Part shown: piece after piece, positions 7,926 to 17,377 of the stretch | Position numbering within the stretch: position 1 is the stretch's first letter | Layout of the letters: each line of letters begins with the position of its first letter | Virus record (IMG/VR): IMGVR_UViG_3300017917_001342 | Span: 186,001 to 250,000 of that record | Direction: 5' to 3' (one strand) | Length of the DNA: 64,000 nucleotides | Made by a program: the position numbers and the translations under genes | Notes under the pieces: model-generated | What the model saw: the letters and a program-made list of their open reading frames with translations, nothing else | What the model was told of the DNA's origin: nothing | Databases searched by the model: none

Positions 7926-10900
7926 ATGAAAATCAATCAAATTATCAAGCTCAATGAAGAAGATCCCATGGGAGTCGGTAATGACTGGGTAGGGTCAGAT
8001 GGCATTGTAAATGATTTAGAGACTAACAATAGAATTGTAAAAATTACAGGTGAAATAGCTGGTGCACCAGGTGCCACTGCTGAAGAAATTATAGATACAC
8101 CATGGTATAAACGATGGTATAAAAACATGGGCTATGGTATAACGAAACTAGGCCGTGGTGCAAAGTGGACATTAAAATGGGTAGCTGTTCCAGTTATTGC
8201 ATTGTATGATTGTTACAATGCCTATCAAGAAATCGCTGCAATACCAAAAGACGATCCAGATAGATTAGAAAAAGGCACAGCTATAATTTCTAAATTAGTT
8301 GCATCGTACGGCTTACCAGTTGTTGGGGGTTATATAGGTGCATTAATAGGTGCTGGCGTAGGTGTATGGGCAGGTGGTATAGGTGCTTTACCGGCATCAA
8401 CAATTGGTGCACTTATTGGAACTGCTAGTGCAATAACTGCACAGGTAGTATATGGCGACGATATAGATGCAGAAATTGAAAAGCTAGTTAGTGCAATTTT
8501 TGATGTAATTGACAGTGAAGATTCAGAAACTACTACAACACCGCAAGACACTGAATCTAATACTTCACCTGTTCCGGCCGGACAACCTAACTTTGATAAT
8601 TTATCATATGAAGATGCATGGAAGGCAGCAAGAAAATTAGCCACAGAACTAGATCCAGATGAACCTGGGTCTTATTCCTTTGTGTGGCAAGGAAAAACTT
8701 ATCCGACAAGTTCAAAAGATGAACCGTTAATACCAGCCGAACGTAGACGTAATTTAATTACATTAAATCAACTAAACGAAGGTATTGGTTCAGATATCGG
8801 TGCAGTTATAAAAGACCTGTTTAAAGGTGCTAAAACACTAGAGCCAGAAATAAAACAAGGAGCAGATGCAGCCGCAGATGCAGCAAGAGCCGCTGAAGAC
8901 GCAGCCGCTGCATTAAAAGCTGGTCAAAGTGCAGAAGACGCAGCAAACGTTGCAAAAGAATTAAACATTGCAATAAGAGAAAACAATAAATTCCTTGCTG
9001 GACTATTAAATGACGCTAGTCATGTTGTAGAGTTAAACGGAAAGAAATATGCTAGGTATTATAGTCCTGCAAAAGACAAATGGATATGGACAGATATACA
9101 AGCCGCCGAAGCAGGCGGTAAACGATCATCTGGGTTTGTAGCCGATGCAACTGCTAAAGAATTAGATGATCTGATTAAATCTGGTACAGACACTGCAACA
9201 GACGCTGCAAAAGTCGCAGACGATGCTGCAAAAGCTGCTGACGATGCTACAACTACACCGCCTGCTGCCGCAGATGACGCTGCAACATCAACTACACCAA
9301 AACCGGCAGAACCTACAACACCTAAAGCCCCAGAACCTGCAACACCCGCAGCGCCATCTAGACTTACACCTGAATACATAGCAAAAATGAAAGCTAAGCC
9401 TGTAAGTAAATGGACTGATAAAGAACTTGCAGAATGGGGTTATCCGCCCGAACTTAGAAATGCAGTGAGTTTTATACAAAAAACAGATATTGATATGCTG
9501 ATACCTCTGGCTCAAGCATACAAAGTACCAATGCTCAAGAGTATTGCACAGTTAGCAATGAAAACGCCTGGCGCATTGTTCAGAGCTGTTAAATTACCAG
9601 TTACCAATCCAATTGCAATTTTGTTTATTACGGCCCCGGCTGCATTGACATTTTTTAAAGGTGTATTAGAACTTGATCCGTCTGATCCTCAATACAAAGA
9701 AAAATTAACAAAACTAGTTGTTGAATTTGTTGAAACTGTTGGTATCGGTGTTGCTGCTTGGTACATAAGTGGATTTGCCGGTAAAAAGTTAGCTGGCTTG
9801 TTAGGGCTATCAGAAGCTGGTGCATTTGCTTGGTTATTAAAATGGGTTGCTAGAGGCGGTACTATCTGGGCAGTAAACGAAAATGCAACAATACAATCGT
9901 TAATACAAGACCTTATAGGTAAAGGTGCTGATGCAATTGTTGGACCGACTACAAACAATAACGCAACAATAAAAACTAATCCCCTATATAAACAAGGTTT
10001 TGATTGGGCAAAAGCTCGAGGATATTCAGATCACGACTCTGATGCATTTGCTAGACATATTGTTCAGCAAGGCGGATTCCGTAACGAATATAAGTTTAAC
10101 GAACATGCAACTAACACATTTGCTCTTGCATGGTTGTACAAACAATTAAACGAATCTAACAGTCCAGTTAGAATTGTAAAGATAAACAAACACATTAAAA
10201 ATCTGTTAGAATACTTTGACAATTCTAATGCAGTGCATAAATTTGCAATTTCATTGTCGGAATCTATCAGTTTCAATGAAGAACAAACAAATAATTTTAT
10301 GACTAATATAACTGCTGCTATTGCGGCTAACACCAAAGGCGACAAAATGGGTGCGCAAAAAGCATTAGATGCAGCTAAGCAAAGTCAACCTGCAACAGCA
10401 CAAGATCAAATTAATCAAAAGAAAGTACTAGATCAAATGGCTAGAACCAACCCTGGATTAAACATACCGAACACCAATCAAAATGTAACAGAAGACGATC
10501 CGATGGGCGCAGGTAATGATTGGGCAACTACTGCAAATGCAAATGATCCAACTGCAAAAGGCACAGATCTACTTGCTGCGTATAATGAATTTGCTGCAAA
10601 ATATCCTGCTGCTAAATTCTTATTGGACATTGTACCTGTTACAGGTACTGCAACCAGTGTTATTGATGCAAGTCAAGACCTATACAACGGAAAATACGGA
10701 AAAGCTGCACTTGATATTCTAGGTGCTATACCAGGTTTCAAAATTGGAAAATATATAAGTCAAGGTCTAGCTAAAGCTATAAAAGCTGCAAATGTAACTA
10801 CTAAAACTGCAAACTATGCAAACGCTACAGCAGGACTTGTAGGCAATGAAATCAACGAATCACCTAAAGTAGGCGATCACATGATGTTGGAATTGGCAGA

Positions 10901-12959
10901 TGGCCGCGTTGTGGTTGCACCAATTGCAGAACTGCGCGGCAATGGTATAGTAGTAGAACTAGACGAAACTGGTAACCAGTGGTTAGAAGAAAGTCCAGAA
11001 CATCATGCCCTTAAGATAGGTCAAGGTGACGGACACCCATTGAGTACTACAGCCGAAATTTGGAACGCTATGATAGATCAGTTACCAAGCGATACACCGG
11101 ACGGTTGGGCAGAAGTATTCATTAGTATGCAAAATCAAACGGGTCAGCCTGCTAGAATCATGCCAAGACTTTGGTCGCAAATTTGGCGTCAACAGCACAA
11201 TGCGCTAGGGGATAGCCTGACTAGAGTTGATATGACAAATTGGGCAGAAGAAGTAGGTAAAGCATTAGACAGATCAGGTTTAGTTGAATCATCAATAGAA
11301 CCATCTAACAGCAATAAGTTAAAGAAACATCTGGATCCTAAAGACCCTGCAATGCTAGCAGTATGGATGGCAAGTCGTGCTGGTATAAAAGGTGTACCGG
11401 TTGACAAATTTGCCAAAGCCAAAGCTGTACAAAGCGGATTGCCAGCAGACCACTGGTGGAAAAAGATTAAAAAACTAGTGCAAGAAGGTGCAGTACCAAC
11501 AGTGCCTAGACTATTAGCTGCTAGAGATATTGAGCCTCTGGTACATTTTGAAGGCGACTATTACATAGTAAGTCACAACGATGGCAAACATTTAAAGTAC
11601 GATCTAGTTAAAAAAGTAGTAGCAACAACTGATCGTAACACACCTGCATATCAACATGTAGATCATCTAGACACAGGTCTACACAGGATTACTAAAGAAC
11701 AGCTTCGCAGATTAGCTAATGTTGCAATGGAAGCAGATAAACTTGCAGATGGTGAGGACGATACTCCTGATTTGCCAGACCTACTAGGCGTTATTGCACA
11801 GGTAATGGGCCGCAAAGTGCGTAAGCATCCAGATGCATTGTCAACTACCGTTAAGAAATCTGACATGGGTTATGTAGTCAGTAACCTACTGGTTAGACAC
11901 TTAGATGGTACAGAAGCACAGGATTTGAAAAATGCATTGCATCGTGCAGGATACAATGTATCAAAAGTCATTATCAATCCAACAACTATATTGGTAATAC
12001 TGAAAACTACAAAAACAACTCCTAATACCACAGCTATAATAACTGCTACTCCGCAACCAGATGTAGTAGGTGGACTTGCAGAAAGTGCCTATGCTATGGA
12101 AAAGCGTTATTACATAGTTCGTAAAGACGTTCCCACTGCACCAGTACCGGGTATGAGCGGCTATCACCAAAAGAGTGAAGCTGATAAAAAACTTGCCAGC
12201 ATGAAGAACAGTGATCAATATATGGTTCGTGCAATTGACAGCAAGCGTTTGCCAAAAGATGAAATTGCAGAAGCACGTAGAGATTTTAACTTTGACGAAA
12301 ACGATATTGCACGTATAGCAGCAATGGATGATCTTGATGCTGCTAAACGATATGCTATCAAATTGATAACAGCTAAAACTCGTAGACCAATGACTAAAGA
12401 TAAGATCATGTGGTTTACAAATTCTATCAATGATACCAAGACAATGAATCGTTTAGTCAAAATGCTTTACGACATGATGCTAAGTGGCGAAGGTCATGGT
12501 GTTATTGGTGATAGATATTCTACTGGTAAAAGCAGTTATCGCAGACAGTTCGATGAAGAATCACAACGTCTAGATCCAAAATGCTGGAAGGGTTATCGTA
12601 AGCAAGGCACTAAAGTTAAAGACGGAGTTCGTGTTAACAACTGTGTAAAAGTCAACGAAGAAATAAACGAAGCAGAATACCAAGGCAAAAGTGTACCTCT
12701 CAACAAGCCAATACGTACAAGCCCAAGTGAAGGCGGTAAGTTCAAAGTCTATGTAAAGGATCCTAAAACTGGTAACATCAAAATGGTACGTTTTGGTGAT
12801 ACTACTGGGTTGACTATCAAACGTGATGATCCAGAACGTCGTAAGAATTTCCGTGCAAGACACCATTGCGATAATCCAGGTCCAAAAACCAAAGCACGCT
12901 ATTGGTCCTGTAAGATGTGGACTCGCAAGCCTGTTGGTCAAGTGTTGAAAGGAAAATAA
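7926..12959 (+). CDS. Large modular (polyprotein-like) putative internal virion protein, 1677 aa
   Basis: Start moved to MKINQIIKLNEE. Gly-rich hydrophobic segments, PT-TG-like segment, Pro/Ala linker, C-terminal basic Cys-containing mini-domains; many [ILV]-x-E junctions. Confidence 0.8.
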   Translation: MKINQIIKLNEEDPMGVGNDWVGSDGIVNDLETNNRIVKITGEIAGAPGATAEEIIDTPWYKRWYKNMGYGITKLGRGAKWTLKWVAVPVIALYDCYNAYQEIAAIPKDDPDRLEKGTAIISKLVASYGLPVVGGYIGALIGAGVGVWAGGIGALPASTIGALIGTASAITAQVVYGDDIDAEIEKLVSAIFDVIDSEDSETTTTPQDTESNTSPVPAGQPNFDNLSYEDAWKAARKLATELDPDEPGSYSFVWQGKTYPTSSKDEPLIPAERRRNLITLNQLNEGIGSDIGAVIKDLFKGAKTLEPEIKQGADAAADAARAAEDAAAALKAGQSAEDAANVAKELNIAIRENNKFLAGLLNDASHVVELNGKKYARYYSPAKDKWIWTDIQAAEAGGKRSSGFVADATAKELDDLIKSGTDTATDAAKVADDAAKAADDATTTPPAAADDAATSTTPKPAEPTTPKAPEPATPAAPSRLTPEYIAKMKAKPVSKWTDKELAEWGYPPELRNAVSFIQKTDIDMLIPLAQAYKVPMLKSIAQLAMKTPGALFRAVKLPVTNPIAILFITAPAALTFFKGVLELDPSDPQYKEKLTKLVVEFVETVGIGVAAWYISGFAGKKLAGLLGLSEAGAFAWLLKWVARGGTIWAVNENATIQSLIQDLIGKGADAIVGPTTNNNATIKTNPLYKQGFDWAKARGYSDHDSDAFARHIVQQGGFRNEYKFNEHATNTFALAWLYKQLNESNSPVRIVKINKHIKNLLEYFDNSNAVHKFAISLSESISFNEEQTNNFMTNITAAIAANTKGDKMGAQKALDAAKQSQPATAQDQINQKKVLDQMARTNPGLNIPNTNQNVTEDDPMGAGNDWATTANANDPTAKGTDLLAAYNEFAAKYPAAKFLLDIVPVTGTATSVIDASQDLYNGKYGKAALDILGAIPGFKIGKYISQGLAKAIKAANVTTKTANYANATAGLVGNEINESPKVGDHMMLELADGRVVVAPIAELRGNGIVVELDETGNQWLEESPEHHALKIGQGDGHPLSTTAEIWNAMIDQLPSDTPDGWAEVFISMQNQTGQPARIMPRLWSQIWRQQHNALGDSLTRVDMTNWAEEVGKALDRSGLVESSIEPSNSNKLKKHLDPKDPAMLAVWMASRAGIKGVPVDKFAKAKAVQSGLPADHWWKKIKKLVQEGAVPTVPRLLAARDIEPLVHFEGDYYIVSHNDGKHLKYDLVKKVVATTDRNTPAYQHVDHLDTGLHRITKEQLRRLANVAMEADKLADGEDDTPDLPDLLGVIAQVMGRKVRKHPDALSTTVKKSDMGYVVSNLLVRHLDGTEAQDLKNALHRAGYNVSKVIINPTTILVILKTTKTTPNTTAIITATPQPDVVGGLAESAYAMEKRYYIVRKDVPTAPVPGMSGYHQKSEADKKLASMKNSDQYMVRAIDSKRLPKDEIAEARRDFNFDENDIARIAAMDDLDAAKRYAIKLITAKTRRPMTKDKIMWFTNSINDTKTMNRLVKMLYDMMLSGEGHGVIGDRYSTGKSSYRRQFDEESQRLDPKCWKGYRKQGTKVKDGVRVNNCVKVNEEINEAEYQGKSVPLNKPIRTSPSEGGKFKVYVKDPKTGNIKMVRFGDTTGLTIKRDDPERRKNFRARHHCDNPGPKTKARYWSCKMWTRKPVGQVLKGK

Positions 12960-12960
12960 T

Positions 12961-13410
12961 ATGCGCTTGTCTGAAATGCTCACATTTGATCAAGACACTA
13001 TAGACCATTTTGCAGAGATACTAGAAAAAGGTGAACCCTGGGCTATACAAACGATCTACGACGAATTAGAAGAATATGGTATACCCGACGGTGAGGAAGC
13101 TGTATTGTTTAGAGAACTGCTACCTGAGATAGTTGCCTGGTTTAATAACGCAATAACTCATGAGGCTCTTGCATATTCTGTAATAGATTACGCAATATTT
13201 CTAATACAGAACGAAAATCTTACAGCATTAATACCATTTGTCGTTAGAAGTTTAAAAGCAAATAAAACCGCAGTAATTAAACATCTGTTAACATTGATAA
13301 AAACCAATCACGAAGGTGCATTAGCAAGAGATTTGTTCAATGATCTATCAAAGTTTAACCTAAATTGGCCTGAATTAGCTGTAATTAAAAAAAGTTTAGA
13401 AGCGTTTTAA
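12961..13410 (+). CDS. Single WPEL-module protein
   Basis: MRLSEML leader; ends NLNWPELAVIKKSLEAF. Confidence 0.8.
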   Translation: MRLSEMLTFDQDTIDHFAEILEKGEPWAIQTIYDELEEYGIPDGEEAVLFRELLPEIVAWFNNAITHEALAYSVIDYAIFLIQNENLTALIPFVVRSLKANKTAVIKHLLTLIKTNHEGALARDLFNDLSKFNLNWPELAVIKKSLEAF

Positions 13411-14142
13411 ATGAGCGATAGCCCCTATACAGTTGTTAGTAAATCGTTTGATGAATTAAATGCTGCAAGTGAAGAAGCGCAGATTGCAGCAGTTAAAGCC
13501 AGACCAAATCTAATAACAAAAATTGATAATCCCAGTGCAGCAGTGCAATGGGCAGCAATTGAAGCTCACGCAATTGTTGCCAGATACTTAGAGCATCTCG
13601 ATGAGCGTGTACAACGAAAACTGATAGAAATAGATTATCGTAATCTACGTTACATAAACAATCCATCGCCTAGTATACAGTTAGCAGCAGTAACAGAAGA
13701 TCCTAAAAGTATTCAGTATATTACCAATCCAACTCCAGAAGCACAGGTTGTAGCAACTAAAAAATGGCCCGAGGCTATACGATACATCAGTAGTCCAACC
13801 GAAGATGCGCAGGTAAATGCAGTTCTTGGTCATCCGTGGTCTATAGAACACATTGCTGAGCCTTGTGTGCAAGCACAAAAAATTGCAATATATAGTCAAC
13901 CAGGTACAATGTTTGACTTGCAATGGCAGTTAGATCCTAATATCTTCAAAGAAGATGTAATCAAAACCGCCATTATTCGCACGATATTAACATCGTTAAA
14001 AAAGGACGGTAATACATATCAGGCAAGAAGATTTATCAATTTTTTAAAATCTTTTGATGTACAATGGCCTGAACTCGCAGTTATAGAACGTAGCATAGGC
14101 AACGAACCAGATGATGAATATGACGAAGGAATTCAACTATGA
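13411..14142 (+). CDS. Short helical-repeat protein (~23-aa repeats) plus C-terminal WPEL module
   Basis: About 6 repeats of P[ST]xxxQxxAVxxxPxxIxYIxN; ends VQWPELAVIERSIG. Confidence 0.8.
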   Translation: MSDSPYTVVSKSFDELNAASEEAQIAAVKARPNLITKIDNPSAAVQWAAIEAHAIVARYLEHLDERVQRKLIEIDYRNLRYINNPSPSIQLAAVTEDPKSIQYITNPTPEAQVVATKKWPEAIRYISSPTEDAQVNAVLGHPWSIEHIAEPCVQAQKIAIYSQPGTMFDLQWQLDPNIFKEDVIKTAIIRTILTSLKKDGNTYQARRFINFLKSFDVQWPELAVIERSIGNEPDDEYDEGIQL

Positions 14143-14888
14143 AAGCCAATGAATTCATTAACGAATCTATCAAATGGCAAGGCAACTCAGGTGCTACTCA
14201 AGCACGCCAAACTGATCATACTATTGAGGAAGCACGACGTTACGTTAAAGAAAACTATCCTCGAAATAAAACCTATACTATCAGCAGACTTGAACCAGGG
14301 TTTAGAGCATTGGATGCCAAAACCGGCTCTACTAATCCCAGTGCAGCAAATGCTACACTAAATCAAGAAGCAGCACTGAACCAGTTTGTTGAAATCTTTA
14401 AACTAAAACAAAATCCCTACATGAGCGGCAGCGAGCAAGTAACTGGCAGTATAGGATTCAGTTGGCATGTAGGTGAAGATAAAGAGCGCAAGCATGCCAT
14501 CTTCTATTATGAAGATCGCGGCATGGGCAATGACAGTATCACCATTGCTGCAAAAACCATTGTTGAACTCAAAGTAATGCAAGAAGTTCTTATTCATACA
14601 GGTCTTATCCCTGATCCTGATGAGGCCAAAGCAAAACGCACCGCTGACGCAGATAAACGTAGAGATGTACTTGCTAAAAAAGGCATTAAAATTGGTACTC
14701 GCATTACTGCTCGTAGACTAGACAACGGCGAAGTGTGGTTTGCTGGCAACGTAACTAGCATTGCACAAAACGGCTCTGTGGGTATTACTATTGATCAAGT
14801 AGATCCTGCTGTACAAGGTGTTACAGTTGGCAGTGTGTATAAAATGAAGCCAGGTAGTATTAGCAAAGACATGATCTCCAATGACTGA
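14139..14888 (+). CDS. Hypothetical putative internal virion protein
   Basis: Leader MKANEFINE/S closely resembles the T4 capsid-targeting sequence; beta-rich SH3/KOW-like C-terminus. Confidence 0.75.
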   Translation: MKANEFINESIKWQGNSGATQARQTDHTIEEARRYVKENYPRNKTYTISRLEPGFRALDAKTGSTNPSAANATLNQEAALNQFVEIFKLKQNPYMSGSEQVTGSIGFSWHVGEDKERKHAIFYYEDRGMGNDSITIAAKTIVELKVMQEVLIHTGLIPDPDEAKAKRTADADKRRDVLAKKGIKIGTRITARRLDNGEVWFAGNVTSIAQNGSVGITIDQVDPAVQGVTVGSVYKMKPGSISKDMISND

Positions 14889-14898
14889 TTATTTTCAA

Positions 14899-14913
14899 TA
14901 AATATCATAGGAG
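14899..14913 (+). promoter_or_regulatory. Late-type promoter TAAATA plus RBS
   Basis: ATAAATAT (core 14899-14904), AGGAG at 14909-14913. Confidence 0.7.
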
Positions 14914-14920
14914 ATTTATT

Positions 14921-15367
14921 ATGCGATTAGCAGATTTGTACGGCGACTTGTTTGAGTCTATCACAGCAGATGATATTAAAGATCCTATTTCCAAGGGACT
15001 AGTTCCTAATTTCATCCACAGTATGCCGTCTACTCATCTGCTAACAGGTATGGATCAATACTATCAATATTATAGATTCTTGATTGCCATTGCAGGTTAC
15101 CCGGAAGATTCCGACATACCATTAACTAGTGTTGTTAGGGATTGGCCTATGACAGTAGCATACACTACACAAGAAAAAGAAATGATAGATAAAGTTGCCA
15201 AACGTATGGGTATATCACCTACAGAAATTGCGTACGAAGGCAGTAAAGAATTACCCGATACCTACACTGTAAGTCCGGTAATGAAATTTTCAATGACTGA
15301 ATCTCAACACCGCAAATTAAAAAATCTAGCAGTTCTAACAGAGGCAATGATAAATGAAACTAAATGA
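14921..15367 (+). CDS. Hypothetical protein, paralogous to the N-terminal domain of the next gene
   Basis: Shared YRF, (A/G)YTxxE and VSPVMxFxM(T/S)E motifs with 15354..15752. Confidence 0.8.
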   Translation: MRLADLYGDLFESITADDIKDPISKGLVPNFIHSMPSTHLLTGMDQYYQYYRFLIAIAGYPEDSDIPLTSVVRDWPMTVAYTTQEKEMIDKVAKRMGISPTEIAYEGSKELPDTYTVSPVMKFSMTESQHRKLKNLAVLTEAMINETK

Positions 15368-17153
15368 TCTGTTTGAACAGTTTGGATCCACAAAACTTGC
15401 ACAAAATGCAGAAGCAGTAATACCACCTGTTGCGATATTCCCAGATCTTGACAACAGCAACAGTTACCTGCAATATAGATTCACAACTAATATGGCTGCG
15501 GCACGAGCGATTGCCGCCGGTGATGTACCATTTAAAAAAATTGTACCGTGGGAACAGTATCTAACTGTGGTAGGCTATACCCCAGAAGAAATAGAAACTG
15601 TGCGTCTAGCAGCAGAGCAATCTGGTATGAGAATGGAAATGCTTAACACTACCCCTAGCCACGAGCCAGATTGGGTTAACAAAGTTAGCCCGGTGATGCC
15701 GTTTCATATGAGCGAAACTAAGCGTAAAACCAAAGGCAAAGGTTTGTTTGAAAGCGATGGCAAACAGGTACTGGTAGTATATCCAGGACGTTTTCAGCCG
15801 GTACACCGAGGCCACGGTGCAGTGTTTAATGCACTACAAGAAGAGTTTGGTGGCAATGTGTTTATGGCAACGTCTGATAAAATAGAACCAGATCGCAGTC
15901 CATTCAGCTATGCAGATAAATCACTAATGGCTCGTGCTGCTGGTATACCTAGCGATAAATTTGTCAAGGTTAAAAATCCCTACAGTCCAATTGAAATTAC
16001 CAAACTCTACGATCCCAACAACACAGTGCTGATACTAGTTGTTGGTGCTAAAGACATGGTGGATGATCCTAGATTTAAATTTGGTAACAAAAAAGACGGA
16101 TCACCTAGTTACCTACAAAAATTTAAAGATATTGCTGTAGCTGAGCCTATGAGTAAACACGGCTATATTATGGAAGCACCCACTGTGGAATTTCTTGTAT
16201 TAGGACATCCCGTTACAAGTGCTACACAGGTACGTAATCTCTATGCTAAAAGTGATAACGTAAAACGAGATAGAATACTTAAAGATCTCTTTGAACAAAA
16301 CCGTGTAGAACTGAGACAACTGTTTGACAGTAAATTTGGTTCTGTGCAGGAAACTATCAGTGAATCTTTACACAGCGACCAAATTGTAGACCACATGCGC
16401 AATTTCTTAAAAATTGCACAACGTGAATTGCAATTAGCACAATTGCCTAAAATTATTTGGACTAGTTCAAGTACTGCTCATGGTGAGCGACCAACATTCG
16501 GGAAATTCCAAAATGACAACAACACTATTACAGTTAGCATTGTTAACAGGCATCCTATTGACATCATGCGTACACTTGCGCATGAACTCACGCATTACAA
16601 GCAAGATATCACAAAGGGTCTAAACGCCAACAGTGGTGATACTGGCAGTCCAGAAGAAGATGAGGCCAATGCTATGGCAGGCCGTATTATGCGGCATTTT
16701 GATGAAAAATACCCGCATGCATTTAACGCTAAACCGGTAGTATCAGAACAAATTAAACGTAGAAGTAAAACTACTAATGAAACTGATACAACTACACCAC
16801 AAACTAAAATGAATCCTGCAGATATAGAAGCAGACATGCTTGCTAATACAAGTGGTATGCCAGCGGATCCAAATGCTGCTAAAAACCTAGCGAAAAAGCT
16901 CGGTATTAAGCTGCTTGGTAAAATGGCAGGGAAAGCTATTGCTGGACCTGTAGGTGGTGTTGTAGGTGGTGTAATAGCAGGCGAAATTGCAGACCGCGCT
17001 CTTGTTAAAGAAGAAGTCTGGGATAAACCAAATCCTGTTAAAAAACATAAAAAGCTAGATGCTGACGATAAGGCTGCTGCAAAACGCAGAGCCAAAGCTG
17101 CTGGTAGAAAATACCCAAACATGGTTGACAACATCTGGGCTGCTAGACGATAA
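15354..17153 (+). CDS. Multidomain protein: unknown domain + HxGH nucleotidyltransferase + zincin metallopeptidase + Gly-zipper + basic peptide
   Basis: YPGRFQPVHRGH...SATQVR; RTLAHELTHYKQ...EDEANAMAG; GPVGGVVGGVIAG. Confidence 0.85.
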   Translation: MKLNDLFEQFGSTKLAQNAEAVIPPVAIFPDLDNSNSYLQYRFTTNMAAARAIAAGDVPFKKIVPWEQYLTVVGYTPEEIETVRLAAEQSGMRMEMLNTTPSHEPDWVNKVSPVMPFHMSETKRKTKGKGLFESDGKQVLVVYPGRFQPVHRGHGAVFNALQEEFGGNVFMATSDKIEPDRSPFSYADKSLMARAAGIPSDKFVKVKNPYSPIEITKLYDPNNTVLILVVGAKDMVDDPRFKFGNKKDGSPSYLQKFKDIAVAEPMSKHGYIMEAPTVEFLVLGHPVTSATQVRNLYAKSDNVKRDRILKDLFEQNRVELRQLFDSKFGSVQETISESLHSDQIVDHMRNFLKIAQRELQLAQLPKIIWTSSSTAHGERPTFGKFQNDNNTITVSIVNRHPIDIMRTLAHELTHYKQDITKGLNANSGDTGSPEEDEANAMAGRIMRHFDEKYPHAFNAKPVVSEQIKRRSKTTNETDTTTPQTKMNPADIEADMLANTSGMPADPNAAKNLAKKLGIKLLGKMAGKAIAGPVGGVVGGVIAGEIADRALVKEEVWDKPNPVKKHKKLDADDKAAAKRRAKAAGRKYPNMVDNIWAARR

Positions 17154-17184
17154 TTAATGCTGCAACTGCACAACGGAGGTTGTA

Positions 17185-17355
17185 GTGACATTATCAGCTA
17201 GTGACAGAGAAACACTTGGACGTATATTGTTCGAAACTGTGTGTCCAAGTAGAAATTGGCTAGATGTGTTACCAATGGAACGTAGACAGTGGGTGGCAGG
17301 CGCTGTTAAAATATATACTTTTGATTTAGATCAAATACGGCACGGCAGATACTAG
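17185..17355 (+). CDS. Small hypothetical protein, 56 aa (GTG start, not in the ORF track)
   Basis: GGAGGT RBS, then MTLSASDRETLGRILFE...RHGRY*; fills the intergenic gap. Confidence 0.55.
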   Translation: MTLSASDRETLGRILFETVCPSRNWLDVLPMERRQWVAGAVKIYTFDLDQIRHGRY

Positions 17356-17366
17356 TTGTTTTAAAC

Positions 17367-17372
17367 TAAATA
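17367..17372 (+). promoter_or_regulatory. Late-type promoter TAAATA, 5 nt from the ATG
   Basis: CTAAATATCTGCATG. Confidence 0.7.
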
Positions 17373-17377
17373 TCTGC

